A DNA stretch of 64,000 nt from Candidatus Cloacimonadales bacterium (GCA_963665815.1 OY762463.1:800001-864000), one strand, 5' to 3'. Positions 24,266 to 34,685 are shown, counted from the stretch's first letter. The notes: a model not told the origin generated them from the sequence alone. Numbers and translations: made by a program.

Positions 24266-24662
24266 TTTTCCTCCGTTCTGTATCAATATCCCAACATACT
24301 GATTTAATATTATATTTAAACTTTCATTCAAATGAAAGATTGCACTACATAGACGTATCAATTCGAGAGCTTCACCGGAACTCTCTGTCTGCTAATCAGG
24401 TAAAGCTCTCAATTATTATTTATTTCAAAAGTAACATTTTTTTATTTTGAACACCATCTGCTGTTTTCAGTCTGTAGAAATACACACCACTGGAAACATC
24501 AGAGTCTTTTTCATCTTTACCATTCCAGATTATAGAATGTTCTCCTGCTTCGACATGATCGTTAACCAGAGTTTTTACTCTCTGTCCTTTAATATTATAA
24601 ATTGTCAGCTCCGCATTACCTGAATTTGCCATTGAATAGCTGATTTTTGTTTCCGGGTTGAA
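24259..24662. repeat. ~404-bp direct repeat, copy 1 (CTD of F + spacer + start of E); copy 2 at 26888-27291
   Basis: By-eye alignment shows one mismatch (24278 vs 26907). Confidence 0.92.
24363..24412 (-). repeat. Post-stop hairpin element, copy after gene F
   Basis: Minus strand TTGAGAGCTTTACC...GGTGAAGCTCTCGA, pairing with two G-U wobbles. Confidence 0.8.
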
Positions 24663-26894
24663 CGGATTCGGGTAGTTGCCAAGGAGTTGTGTATTACAGA
24701 ACGATAAATCATTATTTTCTTTGATTCCGATAAGAGGATTGTTATAGAGTACTTTAATCTCGCCTGTGCTATTATCTACATAAGCAATATCATCAGTACC
24801 GTTTTCATCAAGATCTGCACCAGCCATTCTAATTTCGGTATCTGATATATTCAGCAAACTGACAACTTCCCAATTATTATCAATTACTGGATTTATCGCA
24901 ACACTGACACTGCTTGAATGTCCATGATTATCATGATAGAAGCAATTTACTGCAATATCATCAACACCGTCATTATTATAGTCTCCCAGCTCAAGTTCAG
25001 TTATATCTCCCGGTAGTAACAATGTGTCTGCAGATTGACTGAAACTGAAATTATAGTCATTACCTTCTCCGTAACGTACAAGCAAATGGTTTGGAGCAAA
25101 GTCATCTCTTACAAGCATATCAATGCGTCCATCCAGATTTAGATCAGTAAAAGCAATTATATCTGAACTAATTGTTGTTAGCAGCTCTGATTCTCCAAAG
25201 TTGAAAGAACCATTATTCTTGATCCAGAACAGTTGATTATTGCTTCCTGTATAAACAATATCCCTGATGCCATCATTATCCATATCAATATATTTACTTT
25301 TACTTCCCTCAAAAACAAATCCTAAATCATCTGTATCGATAACAACAGAATCAATTAATGTTCCATTTATATAATTGTAAAAATGAGTATATTCAATGCC
25401 GAAATCAACTAAATCACTATCTCCATCATCATCCAGATCCGCAAACATTAATCCACGTCCACCACGATAATTACTATTCTCGAGAATCATATTCTGACCA
25501 TTCAGAGATAGTATCAGGTTTTTAGTATAAGAATTATCATAGAAATTAATTGCGTAAACATAATCAAGCTGTCCATTGCCGTCTATGTCAGCACAATCTG
25601 ATTTATTTATTTCACCAACTGAAACTGATGGTGCTTGAATATTTGACAGATCTGCAATACCATCATCCAACATCAGATAGTTAAAATTATAAAAGTGGCT
25701 GCAAGATATAAAGGTGAGGTTATCCGATTCTCTTATTGATAACCTATCTGTGTTTCTGAATGAACTGATTCTTACATCATCATTACTGAAACTACCATTG
25801 CTATTATTGAAGACTTTGAAAACATCATTTTCAGATTCTGTAACAATCTCTTTATAACCATCTCCATCTAAATCTTTGAACCAGAGGTAATCTCCTGTTC
25901 CATAAATATCTGTGATATAATTGAATCCATTCCCATTGTTTAGATATATGTTTGCTATTTTCCAATCAGTTTGGATTACAAGATCTTCTAGTCCATCTGA
26001 ATTTAAATCACATTTATAGATATTTCTGACATTTCCAACATTATTTATCAAAATTGATGAATTTGAAAAACTTTGGGTTGCATCATTTTCATATAGTACA
26101 CAAGCGTTAAGACTATCTTCATAAACCAAAAGATCAATTAAACCGTCAGTATTTCCATCAATTGGAGTGATTCCGCTACTTACTCCCCTAAACCAGAGAG
26201 GAAGATAGTGATGTATGAAACTGTTTGTCGCAGGATCAAACTCTTGCCATGAATAAGGCTCGTCATAACTCCAAAAACCGACAATGTCCATGTAGCCATC
26301 GTTATTTATGTCTGCAAGGCAGCTTGATTTGACATACCTATGCTGACTCGTTCCATTCTGAAGATCAACTAAAATGAATTGAGACCAGGCTTGAGTTTTG
26401 TAAAAGTATTTGCATGATCCGCCTGAAGTATAAATATCCTGTATTCCATCATGATTAAAATCATGAATAAGAATAAGCCCATCTTTATAAACACCACTAT
26501 CCAGAATATCCATGTCATTTAGGCTGAAGTTCCCTGTACCGTGACCATAAAATATATAGAGATTAGTATCAGCTTCAAAATTAACAATAATATCTTTCTC
26601 CCCATCATTATTCATATCAATATAATCTAATGAAGACAACATTTGAGTAAAGTTACCTACATGATGTTTTGTATCAGGAAAACCATCCCCATTAGTATCT
26701 TCAGCCCAGTATGGGCCATTATAATCATCATAAAAAATCACATCAGGACTGCCATCTGAATTTACATCATCAATAAATCCGTTCTGATCAAAGTAGTTTT
26801 GACCACTGTTTGCTATCTCTACCGGAACATTAAAATCCACAGCTCCAATATTAGAAAGCACTACTAAAATAATTACTACAAAGTTAAGTCTCAT
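24420..26894 (-). CDS. Secreted FG-GAP/VCBS repeat protein with CTD (array gene F)
   Basis: GGAGG RBS before ATG 26894, signal peptide, DxNxDG repeats, CTD. Confidence 0.9.
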   Translation of the reverse strand: MRLNFVVIILVVLSNIGAVDFNVPVEIANSGQNYFDQNGFIDDVNSDGSPDVIFYDDYNGPYWAEDTNGDGFPDTKHHVGNFTQMLSSLDYIDMNNDGEKDIIVNFEADTNLYIFYGHGTGNFSLNDMDILDSGVYKDGLILIHDFNHDGIQDIYTSGGSCKYFYKTQAWSQFILVDLQNGTSQHRYVKSSCLADINNDGYMDIVGFWSYDEPYSWQEFDPATNSFIHHYLPLWFRGVSSGITPIDGNTDGLIDLLVYEDSLNACVLYENDATQSFSNSSILINNVGNVRNIYKCDLNSDGLEDLVIQTDWKIANIYLNNGNGFNYITDIYGTGDYLWFKDLDGDGYKEIVTESENDVFKVFNNSNGSFSNDDVRISSFRNTDRLSIRESDNLTFISCSHFYNFNYLMLDDGIADLSNIQAPSVSVGEINKSDCADIDGNGQLDYVYAINFYDNSYTKNLILSLNGQNMILENSNYRGGRGLMFADLDDDGDSDLVDFGIEYTHFYNYINGTLIDSVVIDTDDLGFVFEGSKSKYIDMDNDGIRDIVYTGSNNQLFWIKNNGSFNFGESELLTTISSDIIAFTDLNLDGRIDMLVRDDFAPNHLLVRYGEGNDYNFSFSQSADTLLLPGDITELELGDYNNDGVDDIAVNCFYHDNHGHSSSVSVAINPVIDNNWEVVSLLNISDTEIRMAGADLDENGTDDIAYVDNSTGEIKVLYNNPLIGIKENNDLSFCNTQLLGNYPNPFNPETKISYSMANSGNAELTIYNIKGQRVKTLVNDHVEAGEHSIIWNGKDEKDSDVSSGVYFYRLKTADGVQNKKMLLLK

Positions 26895-27291
26895 TTTTCC
26901 TCCGTTTTGTATCAATATCCCAACATACTGATTTAATATTATATTTAAACTTTCATTCAAATGAAAGATTGCACTACATAGACGTATCAATTCGAGAGCT
27001 TCACCGGAACTCTCTGTCTGCTAATCAGGTAAAGCTCTCAATTATTATTTATTTCAAAAGTAACATTTTTTTATTTTGAACACCATCTGCTGTTTTCAGT
27101 CTGTAGAAATACACACCACTGGAAACATCAGAGTCTTTTTCATCTTTACCATTCCAGATTATAGAATGTTCTCCTGCTTCGACATGATCGTTAACCAGAG
27201 TTTTTACTCTCTGTCCTTTAATATTATAAATTGTCAGCTCCGCATTACCTGAATTTGCCATTGAATAGCTGATTTTTGTTTCCGGGTTGAA
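26888..27291. repeat. ~404-bp direct repeat, copy 2 (CTD of G + spacer + start of F); includes the hairpin at 26992-27041
   Basis: Near-identical to 24259-24662. Confidence 0.92.
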
Positions 27292-29532
27292 TGGGTTAGG
27301 GTAGTTGCAGAGAAGTTGTGTTCTATATTCAGGAAAATCAGTGTCTTCATTAGGAGTGATTTCGGTAGTATTGATATGAGCTTTTATCTTCTTTGAGCTA
27401 TAATCAATAAACATAATATCCTGTAATCCATCCTCATTCACATCAGCTGCACAATGTAATATTTGATTATTGAAAATGTAGGAAGAACTGTCTAAAAGCA
27501 TAGTATTTATTAGATTCACGCTTCCATCGTTCTCTGCAACTTCCATTTTAACAGTCTGAAAATCATAATAATGAAGCTGAGTATATAAAAAATCATTATC
27601 ATTATCATTATCTAAATCAACGAAATCAAAACTTCTATAATAGCCACTTGGACCAACAATAATGGGAACTGTTGCGAAACCATTTGATAATCCAAGATAA
27701 GCCTTAGGAGCTGAACCAGTATTGAAATCCCAGGTTACAATATCTTTTACACCATCACCATTTGCGTCCCTATATTCAAAATCACTGAAAACCGTACTCA
27801 ATATTGAGACCGGATCATCAAAGCTAAATCCACCCAGATTATATGCTAAATTCAGTGAACCAGTTACATTAGTATAGAGTAAATCGCAAAAACCATCTTC
27901 ATTAATATCAGAAAAATCAAATCTTCTGACATAAGATGGTCCGTCAACATGGTATAGATTTGAGAATGTACAATTGTTGTTTTCATATACTTTAATTCTG
28001 AAGACATCATCATCAACAGAATAGCATGTAATATCAAAATCCCCATCGTTATCTACATCGTTGAACTCAGCACATGCAATTAGGTTTTCAGATGCGAACG
28101 AAACAATATCCTGCATTCTGGTTCCATTAAGATAAAAAATTATTTTGTCCTTTAAAAAGCCTTGCTCAACATATTCCTCAACAAAAATATAATCTAATAC
28201 TCCATTGTTATCAATATCTTCACAATCAAAATCATTGAAGAATCTGATATCTCTTACTGGTCGATCTTGAATTATGATCTCACCATCAACCAGCTCTGCT
28301 TCAGCAACATAATAATATCCTGCAATTACATATCTGTCCGTACCGGAAACATTCTTTTTAAAGAAGGATTGAACGTATTTCAAAGGAAGTATTTTTGAAT
28401 TATCAAAACTGAATGATCCGTTGCTATTCAGATAAATCATATAGTCCCCACCAAGATCACACGTCATATCAAGTTCACCGTCATCATTCATGTCTTCAAT
28501 CCAGAAATTAGTTACATCAGAAGTTATTTCTGATGATATTTGAAGTCCGGATGTGCTGTTTAGATAAACTTGCATTTTGGCATTCCCTGATTCCTTACAA
28601 CTTAGTTCAAAATCAGGCAGACCATCATTATTAACATCATAGGACTCCATTTGATATATTCTATCAATATTATCAGCAAAAGGTGTCAAATTTGTGAAGC
28701 CATTTGTCTGATTATTCTGAACAATCCTGATAGTTTGAGCATTTCTGTCATAGACAATAACATCTGCATACCCGTCATTATTCATGTCGCTTACTATAAA
28801 TGAGCTGTAATCATTACAGTTGCATATAAAATGAGAAGTGTTAAAAGAGTTAGTACCTGGATCAAACTCATACCAGACAATTTGCCCCGTATCTGTCTTA
28901 AGTCCAATATAATCCATATAACCATCATTATTAACATCTGCAATGTTTGAATTATCATTATATACACCATTTCTTAAACATAACATATTATCGTTTAGCT
29001 GATTAACTCTGAATGTATCATTCACAGATGGTCGAGTGAGATACACAGATTTACTGTTATCAGAGATTATTATATCCTGAATTCCATCAAGATTGAAATC
29101 ATATATGGTCATAGCAAAGCCAAAGTAATGCGATGTATGATAATCTTCTCTGGAAAAAATTCCAGTACCGTCGTTTGTGTAAATATAAAGTAGATCTCTC
29201 GCATCATCTGCTGTAACTAAATCTTTGAAACCATCATTATTCATATCTACATAGTATAATGTCCCAGAAACAGTTTGGTCTATTAGATGCGTCATGTCAA
29301 TACAATCGTCAAAGACACCATTATTGTTTGAGTCCTCATGCCAGAGAACACCATTACTATGCTTTGGAATGAAATCATCATCACCATCATTATCAATGTC
29401 ATCAACAATAAATTGATTCTTGTCAACACAACCATATTCCTGATTGGATATTGTAACCGGAGCAGCAAACTCTATAGCTGTAATACTACTAATCAACAAT
29501 ACAAGAATTCCTATACAAAAAATCTTTTTCAT
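27049..29532 (-). CDS. Secreted FG-GAP/VCBS repeat protein with CTD (array gene G)
   Basis: GGAGG RBS before ATG 29532 (MKKIFCIG), DxNxDG repeats; body closest to H, CTD identical to F. Confidence 0.9.
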   Translation of the reverse strand: MKKIFCIGILVLLISSITAIEFAAPVTISNQEYGCVDKNQFIVDDIDNDGDDDFIPKHSNGVLWHEDSNNNGVFDDCIDMTHLIDQTVSGTLYYVDMNNDGFKDLVTADDARDLLYIYTNDGTGIFSREDYHTSHYFGFAMTIYDFNLDGIQDIIISDNSKSVYLTRPSVNDTFRVNQLNDNMLCLRNGVYNDNSNIADVNNDGYMDYIGLKTDTGQIVWYEFDPGTNSFNTSHFICNCNDYSSFIVSDMNNDGYADVIVYDRNAQTIRIVQNNQTNGFTNLTPFADNIDRIYQMESYDVNNDGLPDFELSCKESGNAKMQVYLNSTSGLQISSEITSDVTNFWIEDMNDDGELDMTCDLGGDYMIYLNSNGSFSFDNSKILPLKYVQSFFKKNVSGTDRYVIAGYYYVAEAELVDGEIIIQDRPVRDIRFFNDFDCEDIDNNGVLDYIFVEEYVEQGFLKDKIIFYLNGTRMQDIVSFASENLIACAEFNDVDNDGDFDITCYSVDDDVFRIKVYENNNCTFSNLYHVDGPSYVRRFDFSDINEDGFCDLLYTNVTGSLNLAYNLGGFSFDDPVSILSTVFSDFEYRDANGDGVKDIVTWDFNTGSAPKAYLGLSNGFATVPIIVGPSGYYRSFDFVDLDNDNDNDFLYTQLHYYDFQTVKMEVAENDGSVNLINTMLLDSSSYIFNNQILHCAADVNEDGLQDIMFIDYSSKKIKAHINTTEITPNEDTDFPEYRTQLLCNYPNPFNPETKISYSMANSGNAELTIYNIKGQRVKTLVNDHVEAGEHSIIWNGKDEKDSDVSSGVYFYRLKTADGVQNKKMLLLK

Positions 29533-29833
29533 CTTTTCCTCCAACAAAAAGATCGTGGCACCCCAACGTGCCTAATTGAGAGCTTTGCAACAATTCACAC
29601 CTTATGAATTATGCAAAGCCCCCAAATATTTATTATTTCAAAAGCAACATTTTTCTATTTTGAACACCTTCTGCTGTTTTCAGTCTGTAGAAATATACAC
29701 CACTGGAAACATCAGAATCTTTGTCATCCTTACCATTCCAGATTATAGAATGCTCTCCGGATTCGACATGATCATTCACCAGAGTTTTTACTCTCTGTCC
29801 TTTAATATTATAAATTGTTAGCTCCGCATTACC
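29528..29833. repeat. ~306-bp direct repeat, copy 1 (3' CTD of H + spacer + start of G); copy 2 at 32115-32420; includes the hairpin at 29576-29625
   Basis: Three mismatches by eye, none in the spacer. Confidence 0.92.
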
Positions 29834-32119
29834 CGTTTCTGCAAGTGAATAGTTGATCTTAGTTTCCGGATTGAACGGATTGGGATAGTTGCCATAAAGC
29901 TTTGTTGAATACTCTGGTATATCGGTATCTGAATTGGAAGTTACTATTGTGTTATTGATATATGTTTTTATTTTTTTTGTACTGTAATCAATGTACATAA
30001 TATCCTGCAAACCATCTTCGTTTACATCAGCAGTGCAATGCAGTATTTGGCTATTTATCATATAAAAACAGCTATCCAGGAGTACAGAATTAGTAAGGTT
30101 CATTGTTCCATCATTCTCTAAAATCTCCATTTCCAGATATTCATAACTATTATTATGCAAGTGTGTTAATAGAACATCGTTATCATTGTCGTTATCAAAA
30201 TCTACAAAATCAAGACTTCTATACCGACATTCAGAACCAATTGTTACAGGTGTTGATGAAAAATTACTACTTGATGTACCTAAGTATACTTCCGGAGCTA
30301 CATAATTCTCAAAATTCCAGGTTACAATGTCTTTCACTCCATCTCCGTTGGCATCTTTATGTTCAAAATCACTGAAAACCGTACTCAATAGTGAGATCGG
30401 AGCATCAAAGCTCATTCCTCCCAGATTATATGCCACGTTTAATGAGCTATTTACATCTGTATAAAGTAAATCACAGAAACCATCACCATTAACATCAGCA
30501 AAATCATGCCTTCTAATTGAAGACTGAGCTACTTCATCATACTGATTAAAGAAAACACAATTACAGTTTTCATATACTTTTACACTGCTTACACCATCAT
30601 CAACTCCATAAAATGTAATATCATAGTTTCCGTCATTATCTACATCATTGAATTCAGCATCTTTAATAGAATTCCAGGAAGCAGATGATACTAAATCCTG
30701 CATTCTGGTTCCATTAATATAGAGTACTATTTTTTGTTTAGTCAATCCCTGCACAGAATAACTCTCAACAAAGATGTAATCCAAAACACCATTGTTGTCA
30801 ATATCTTCACAATCAAAATCATTGAAGAATCTGATATCCCTTACAGGTTTATCTTCAATAATCATCTCACCATTAATCAATTCAGCTTCTACAATATAAT
30901 AATATCCTGCAATGATATATCTGTCTGAGCCCAAAACATTTTTTTTAGTAATAGATTGAACTTGCTCTAATGGAATTATTTTTGAATTATCGAAACTAAA
31001 TATACCGTTGTCATTCAGATAAATCATAAAATCATTTCCAATATCACATAACATATCAAGTTCACCATCTTCATTAATGTCTTCAATCCAGAAGTAACGA
31101 AAGTCAGATTGAATTTCTGAGGATAATTGAAGCCCGGAAGTACTGTTCAGGTATATACTCTTCTTTGTGTTCGAGGATTCACCATAACTTACTGCAATAT
31201 CGAGCAGACCATCGTTGTTAAAATCATAAGATTCAATCTGTGAAAGATAATCAATACTATAAACAAAAGGAGTCTGGCTTGAAAAACCATTAGCCTGATT
31301 ATTCAAAACCACTCTAAGAGAGTAAGCATTATTGTCATAAATGATAATATCGGAATTCCCATCATTATTAATATCACTAAAAATGAATGTACCATAATCA
31401 GGATTATTACAGATAGAGTGAGAATTTGTAAAAGTATTAACATTCGGATCAAATTCATACCAGACAACTTGATTTGTATATATGTCATAACCGATATAAT
31501 CCATATATCCATCATTGTTAACATCAATAATGTTTGAGTTGTCGTTATATAAACCATTTTTGAGATACAACACATGGTCGTTTAAATGATTAACTTGAAA
31601 TGTATCATTAACAGATGATCTTGTAAGATAGACAGATTTACTGTCACTGGAAATAAATAAATCCTGAACTCCATCAATATTAAAATCATAAATGTTTATT
31701 GCAAAAGCCATATACATAGATGTACAATATGCTTCTTTCGAAAAAAATCCTGTTCCGTTATTAGTAAATATATACAATGAGTCATGGCTTTGACCAGTAG
31801 TGACAATATCTTTAACACCATCATTATTCATGTCCACATAGTATAATCCCGAATGACAAATTCTATCTATAGAATGAGGCATATCTATACAACCATCATA
31901 AACACTATTACCATTAATGTCTTCATACCAGTAAACATTATTACCAAACTTTGGAATAAAGTCATCATCACCATCATTATCAACGTCATCAACGATAAAA
32001 CGATTCTTGTTCACACACCCATAATCCTGATTGGATATTGTAATAGGAGCAGCAAACTCTATGGCTGCAATACTGCCAATTAACAATACAATAATACCAA
32101 TGCAAAAAATCTTCTTCAT
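29633..32119 (-). CDS. Secreted FG-GAP/VCBS repeat protein with CTD (array gene H)
   Basis: GGAGG RBS before ATG 32119, signal peptide, DxNxDG repeats, CTD. Confidence 0.9.
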   Translation of the reverse strand: MKKIFCIGIIVLLIGSIAAIEFAAPITISNQDYGCVNKNRFIVDDVDNDGDDDFIPKFGNNVYWYEDINGNSVYDGCIDMPHSIDRICHSGLYYVDMNNDGVKDIVTTGQSHDSLYIFTNNGTGFFSKEAYCTSMYMAFAINIYDFNIDGVQDLFISSDSKSVYLTRSSVNDTFQVNHLNDHVLYLKNGLYNDNSNIIDVNNDGYMDYIGYDIYTNQVVWYEFDPNVNTFTNSHSICNNPDYGTFIFSDINNDGNSDIIIYDNNAYSLRVVLNNQANGFSSQTPFVYSIDYLSQIESYDFNNDGLLDIAVSYGESSNTKKSIYLNSTSGLQLSSEIQSDFRYFWIEDINEDGELDMLCDIGNDFMIYLNDNGIFSFDNSKIIPLEQVQSITKKNVLGSDRYIIAGYYYIVEAELINGEMIIEDKPVRDIRFFNDFDCEDIDNNGVLDYIFVESYSVQGLTKQKIVLYINGTRMQDLVSSASWNSIKDAEFNDVDNDGNYDITFYGVDDGVSSVKVYENCNCVFFNQYDEVAQSSIRRHDFADVNGDGFCDLLYTDVNSSLNVAYNLGGMSFDAPISLLSTVFSDFEHKDANGDGVKDIVTWNFENYVAPEVYLGTSSSNFSSTPVTIGSECRYRSLDFVDFDNDNDNDVLLTHLHNNSYEYLEMEILENDGTMNLTNSVLLDSCFYMINSQILHCTADVNEDGLQDIMYIDYSTKKIKTYINNTIVTSNSDTDIPEYSTKLYGNYPNPFNPETKINYSLAETGNAELTIYNIKGQRVKTLVNDHVESGEHSIIWNGKDDKDSDVSSGVYFYRLKTAEGVQNRKMLLLK

Positions 32120-32420
32120 CTTTTCCTCCAACAAAAAGATCGTGGCACCCCAACGTGCCTAATTGAGAGCTTTGCAACAATTCACACCTTATGAATTATG
32201 CAAAGCCCCCAAATATTTATTATTTCAAAAGCAACATTTTTCTATTTTGAACACCTTCTGCTGTTTTCAGTCTGTAGAAATATACACCACTGGAAACATC
32301 AGAATCTTTGTCATCCTTACCATTCCAGATTGTGGAATGCTCTCCGGATTCGACATGATCATTCACCAGAGTTTTTACTCTCTGTCCTTTAATATTATAA
32401 ATTGTCAGCTCCGCATTACC
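32115..32420. repeat. ~306-bp direct repeat, copy 2 (3' CTD of I + spacer + start of H); includes the hairpin at 32163-32212
   Basis: Near-identical to 29528-29833. Confidence 0.92.
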
Positions 32421-34685
32421 TGAATTTGCCATTGAATAGCTGATCTTAGTTTCCGGATTGAATGGGTTAGGGTAGTTGCCAAGGAGTTGTGTTTTATATT
32501 CAGGTATATCAGTGTCTGAATTCGGGAATACAACACTATTATTAATCATTACATTTATCTTCTTACCCTTGATTCCATAATAGACAATATCCTGCAATCC
32601 ATCATCATTTATATCTATGAGTTTGAAATCAAAGCAATAATCAGAATCTTCTTCTGTTGCAGGCACATCGTTCCAATTTGACATAACTCCCTCGTTTTCA
32701 AGAGAATGTATTGCCATGCACTCATATCCGGTTTCAATGCTGTAAACTAAATCCTTATCTCCATCCAAATCAAGATCACTAATACGCATTGTTTGCGTGC
32801 TTCCTGCATATCCAAAAACCATTGGAACTGTGGAAAAACCATTAGATGTGTTTCCTGCATAAACAGCAATAATCGAATCCTGATAAGTACTATATTTTAT
32901 GATATCTTTAATTCCATCATCAGTAATATCCTCATAGATGAACCTGCTGAAATACCCATTCATAATCAAAGTCGGATCTGAAAAATTGAAATTCCCGTTA
33001 TTATATGAAATATAGAGATCCTGATTCCCATCTGAGAAAATCAGATCTTTATCCAGATCCCCGTCAACATCATCAAACACATGCCAGGATGTAATAGAGT
33101 TCAGAACAACATGCGCATTATCTGTAAACCCATTGTTGTTTTCGTATATTTTGATTGATCTCTGGAAATCCTCGTTTACATGGCATTTCAGATCAAAATC
33201 TCCATCGTTATCAATGTCTATGAAATCTAATCTATTTATTGTGCTGTACCTGCTATACGGAAGATTCAATACAGTATCAAGTTGGTTATTCATATAAATT
33301 AACAGTCTGCAATGTTCCGGATTAACTTCATTATCTTCGGCATAATCTTCCGAGATAACAAAGTCAAGAATTCCATTGTTATCAATATCTTCTACATCAT
33401 ATGAGAAAATATATCCTTTGCATACTAAAGGAACATCGTCAACAACCCATTCACCGGAAATCAACTCAGCTTTTACCAGGTAGTTCGCTCCTTTAATTAT
33501 CAATTCAGGATTAATACCGTCATCAAGGTACCTGACATCATATACTAAGCTTAATCCATCAAGTTTGCAGTTATCAAACCCAAAAGATCCATTATTATTG
33601 TAAAAATAAAGAAAATCATCTCTGTTTATTTCAGCTACTATATCCGATGCTCCATCGTCATTTACGTCTTCAATAAATACTCCTGTAACAGGAATTTCAA
33701 TTTCTTCACTGAATGCAAAGCCATTTCCTGTGTTGAGAAATATTTTCAGATGATTAAACCCATGATGAAGAACAATATCAACCATGCCATCACCATTCAT
33801 ATCCCCTACAAGCAGATGCTTAAGGTTAACTAAACTGTCTGCAATAACTGTTCTCTGGGTAAAATCGTGATTCTGATCATTTTCGAGAAGTGATAAGGTC
33901 TGTAATCCGCTCTCATACAGAAAAACATCCTGATCGTTATCATTATCTGCATCAGCCACAACAAATTGATTGTAAGGATCGTAATTGGAAATCACATTGC
34001 AGTTTACAAATGTGTCAGCTGTCGGATCGAACTCATACCATAACAAATTGCTGAACGAATCATTTACACCCACAACATCCATATAACCATCATTATTGAA
34101 ATCAACGAGATACGAATAATCATTGAATGCCCCTCTTCTATGCCCATGGACAATGCCGGATAAAACATCAACCCGAAAAGTGTCATTCACTGATGAACGT
34201 GTCAAAAATATAGTTCTTCCCCATCCGGAAAAATAAGCGTCTTTAATTCCATCATTGTTAAAATCGTAGTATAATGCATTATCAGACTTATAATCTGTTG
34301 CATAATATGTTTCAAGAGTGAAGTTGCCTGATCCGTCATTCACAAATATATAGAAGTTTTCATCAACATATACAGTAACTGCAATATCCTTAAATCCATC
34401 GTTATTCATGTCTACAAATTCAATAGATTCAAGCCAGTAACTGAAATTTCCAATATCATGATTTGTATCCGGAACACCATCCCCATCAGTATCTTCTACC
34501 CATACAGGACCGTTTGCATCACGAATAATATAGTCGAGGTCTCCATCATAATCAATATCATCAATAATCCTGTTACGGTTTTCATAAGTACAATTGGACT
34601 GAATAATTGTCTCCGGATCAAGAAAATTGATTGCCCCAATAGAGCATACAATAAGCAAAGTAAATATAAACATTATTTGCTTCAT
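32220..34685 (-). CDS. Secreted FG-GAP/VCBS repeat protein with CTD (array gene I)
   Basis: GGAGG RBS, signal peptide, about 14 regularly spaced Dx[DN]xDG-type blades, CTD. Confidence 0.92.
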   Translation of the reverse strand: MKQIMFIFTLLIVCSIGAINFLDPETIIQSNCTYENRNRIIDDIDYDGDLDYIIRDANGPVWVEDTDGDGVPDTNHDIGNFSYWLESIEFVDMNNDGFKDIAVTVYVDENFYIFVNDGSGNFTLETYYATDYKSDNALYYDFNNDGIKDAYFSGWGRTIFLTRSSVNDTFRVDVLSGIVHGHRRGAFNDYSYLVDFNNDGYMDVVGVNDSFSNLLWYEFDPTADTFVNCNVISNYDPYNQFVVADADNDNDQDVFLYESGLQTLSLLENDQNHDFTQRTVIADSLVNLKHLLVGDMNGDGMVDIVLHHGFNHLKIFLNTGNGFAFSEEIEIPVTGVFIEDVNDDGASDIVAEINRDDFLYFYNNNGSFGFDNCKLDGLSLVYDVRYLDDGINPELIIKGANYLVKAELISGEWVVDDVPLVCKGYIFSYDVEDIDNNGILDFVISEDYAEDNEVNPEHCRLLIYMNNQLDTVLNLPYSRYSTINRLDFIDIDNDGDFDLKCHVNEDFQRSIKIYENNNGFTDNAHVVLNSITSWHVFDDVDGDLDKDLIFSDGNQDLYISYNNGNFNFSDPTLIMNGYFSRFIYEDITDDGIKDIIKYSTYQDSIIAVYAGNTSNGFSTVPMVFGYAGSTQTMRISDLDLDGDKDLVYSIETGYECMAIHSLENEGVMSNWNDVPATEEDSDYCFDFKLIDINDDGLQDIVYYGIKGKKINVMINNSVVFPNSDTDIPEYKTQLLGNYPNPFNPETKISYSMANSGNAELTIYNIKGQRVKTLVNDHVESGEHSTIWNGKDDKDSDVSSGVYFYRLKTAEGVQNRKMLLLK

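Noticed and set aside
24266-26990. Identical N-terminal extensions [14 protein letters not shown]... on genes E and F in the ORF track
   Set aside because: They come from upstream TTG codons in the duplicated spacer; the GGAGG RBS and signal peptides place the starts at 24265 and 26894.
27049-32119. Diversity-generating retroelement acting on the paralogues
   Set aside because: No reverse transcriptase; differences between G and H include many synonymous and non-adenine changes across the region compared.
24259-32420. CRISPR array or insertion sequences
   Set aside because: The repeats are 300-400 bp, about 2.6 kb apart and mostly coding; no short repeat-spacer periodicity, cas gene, transposase or target-site duplication.
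11292-32423. Recurrent + strand ORFs ([12 protein letters not shown]..., MRALQQFTPYEL...)
   Set aside because: They are antisense shadows of the repeated CTD sequence, without convincing RBSs.
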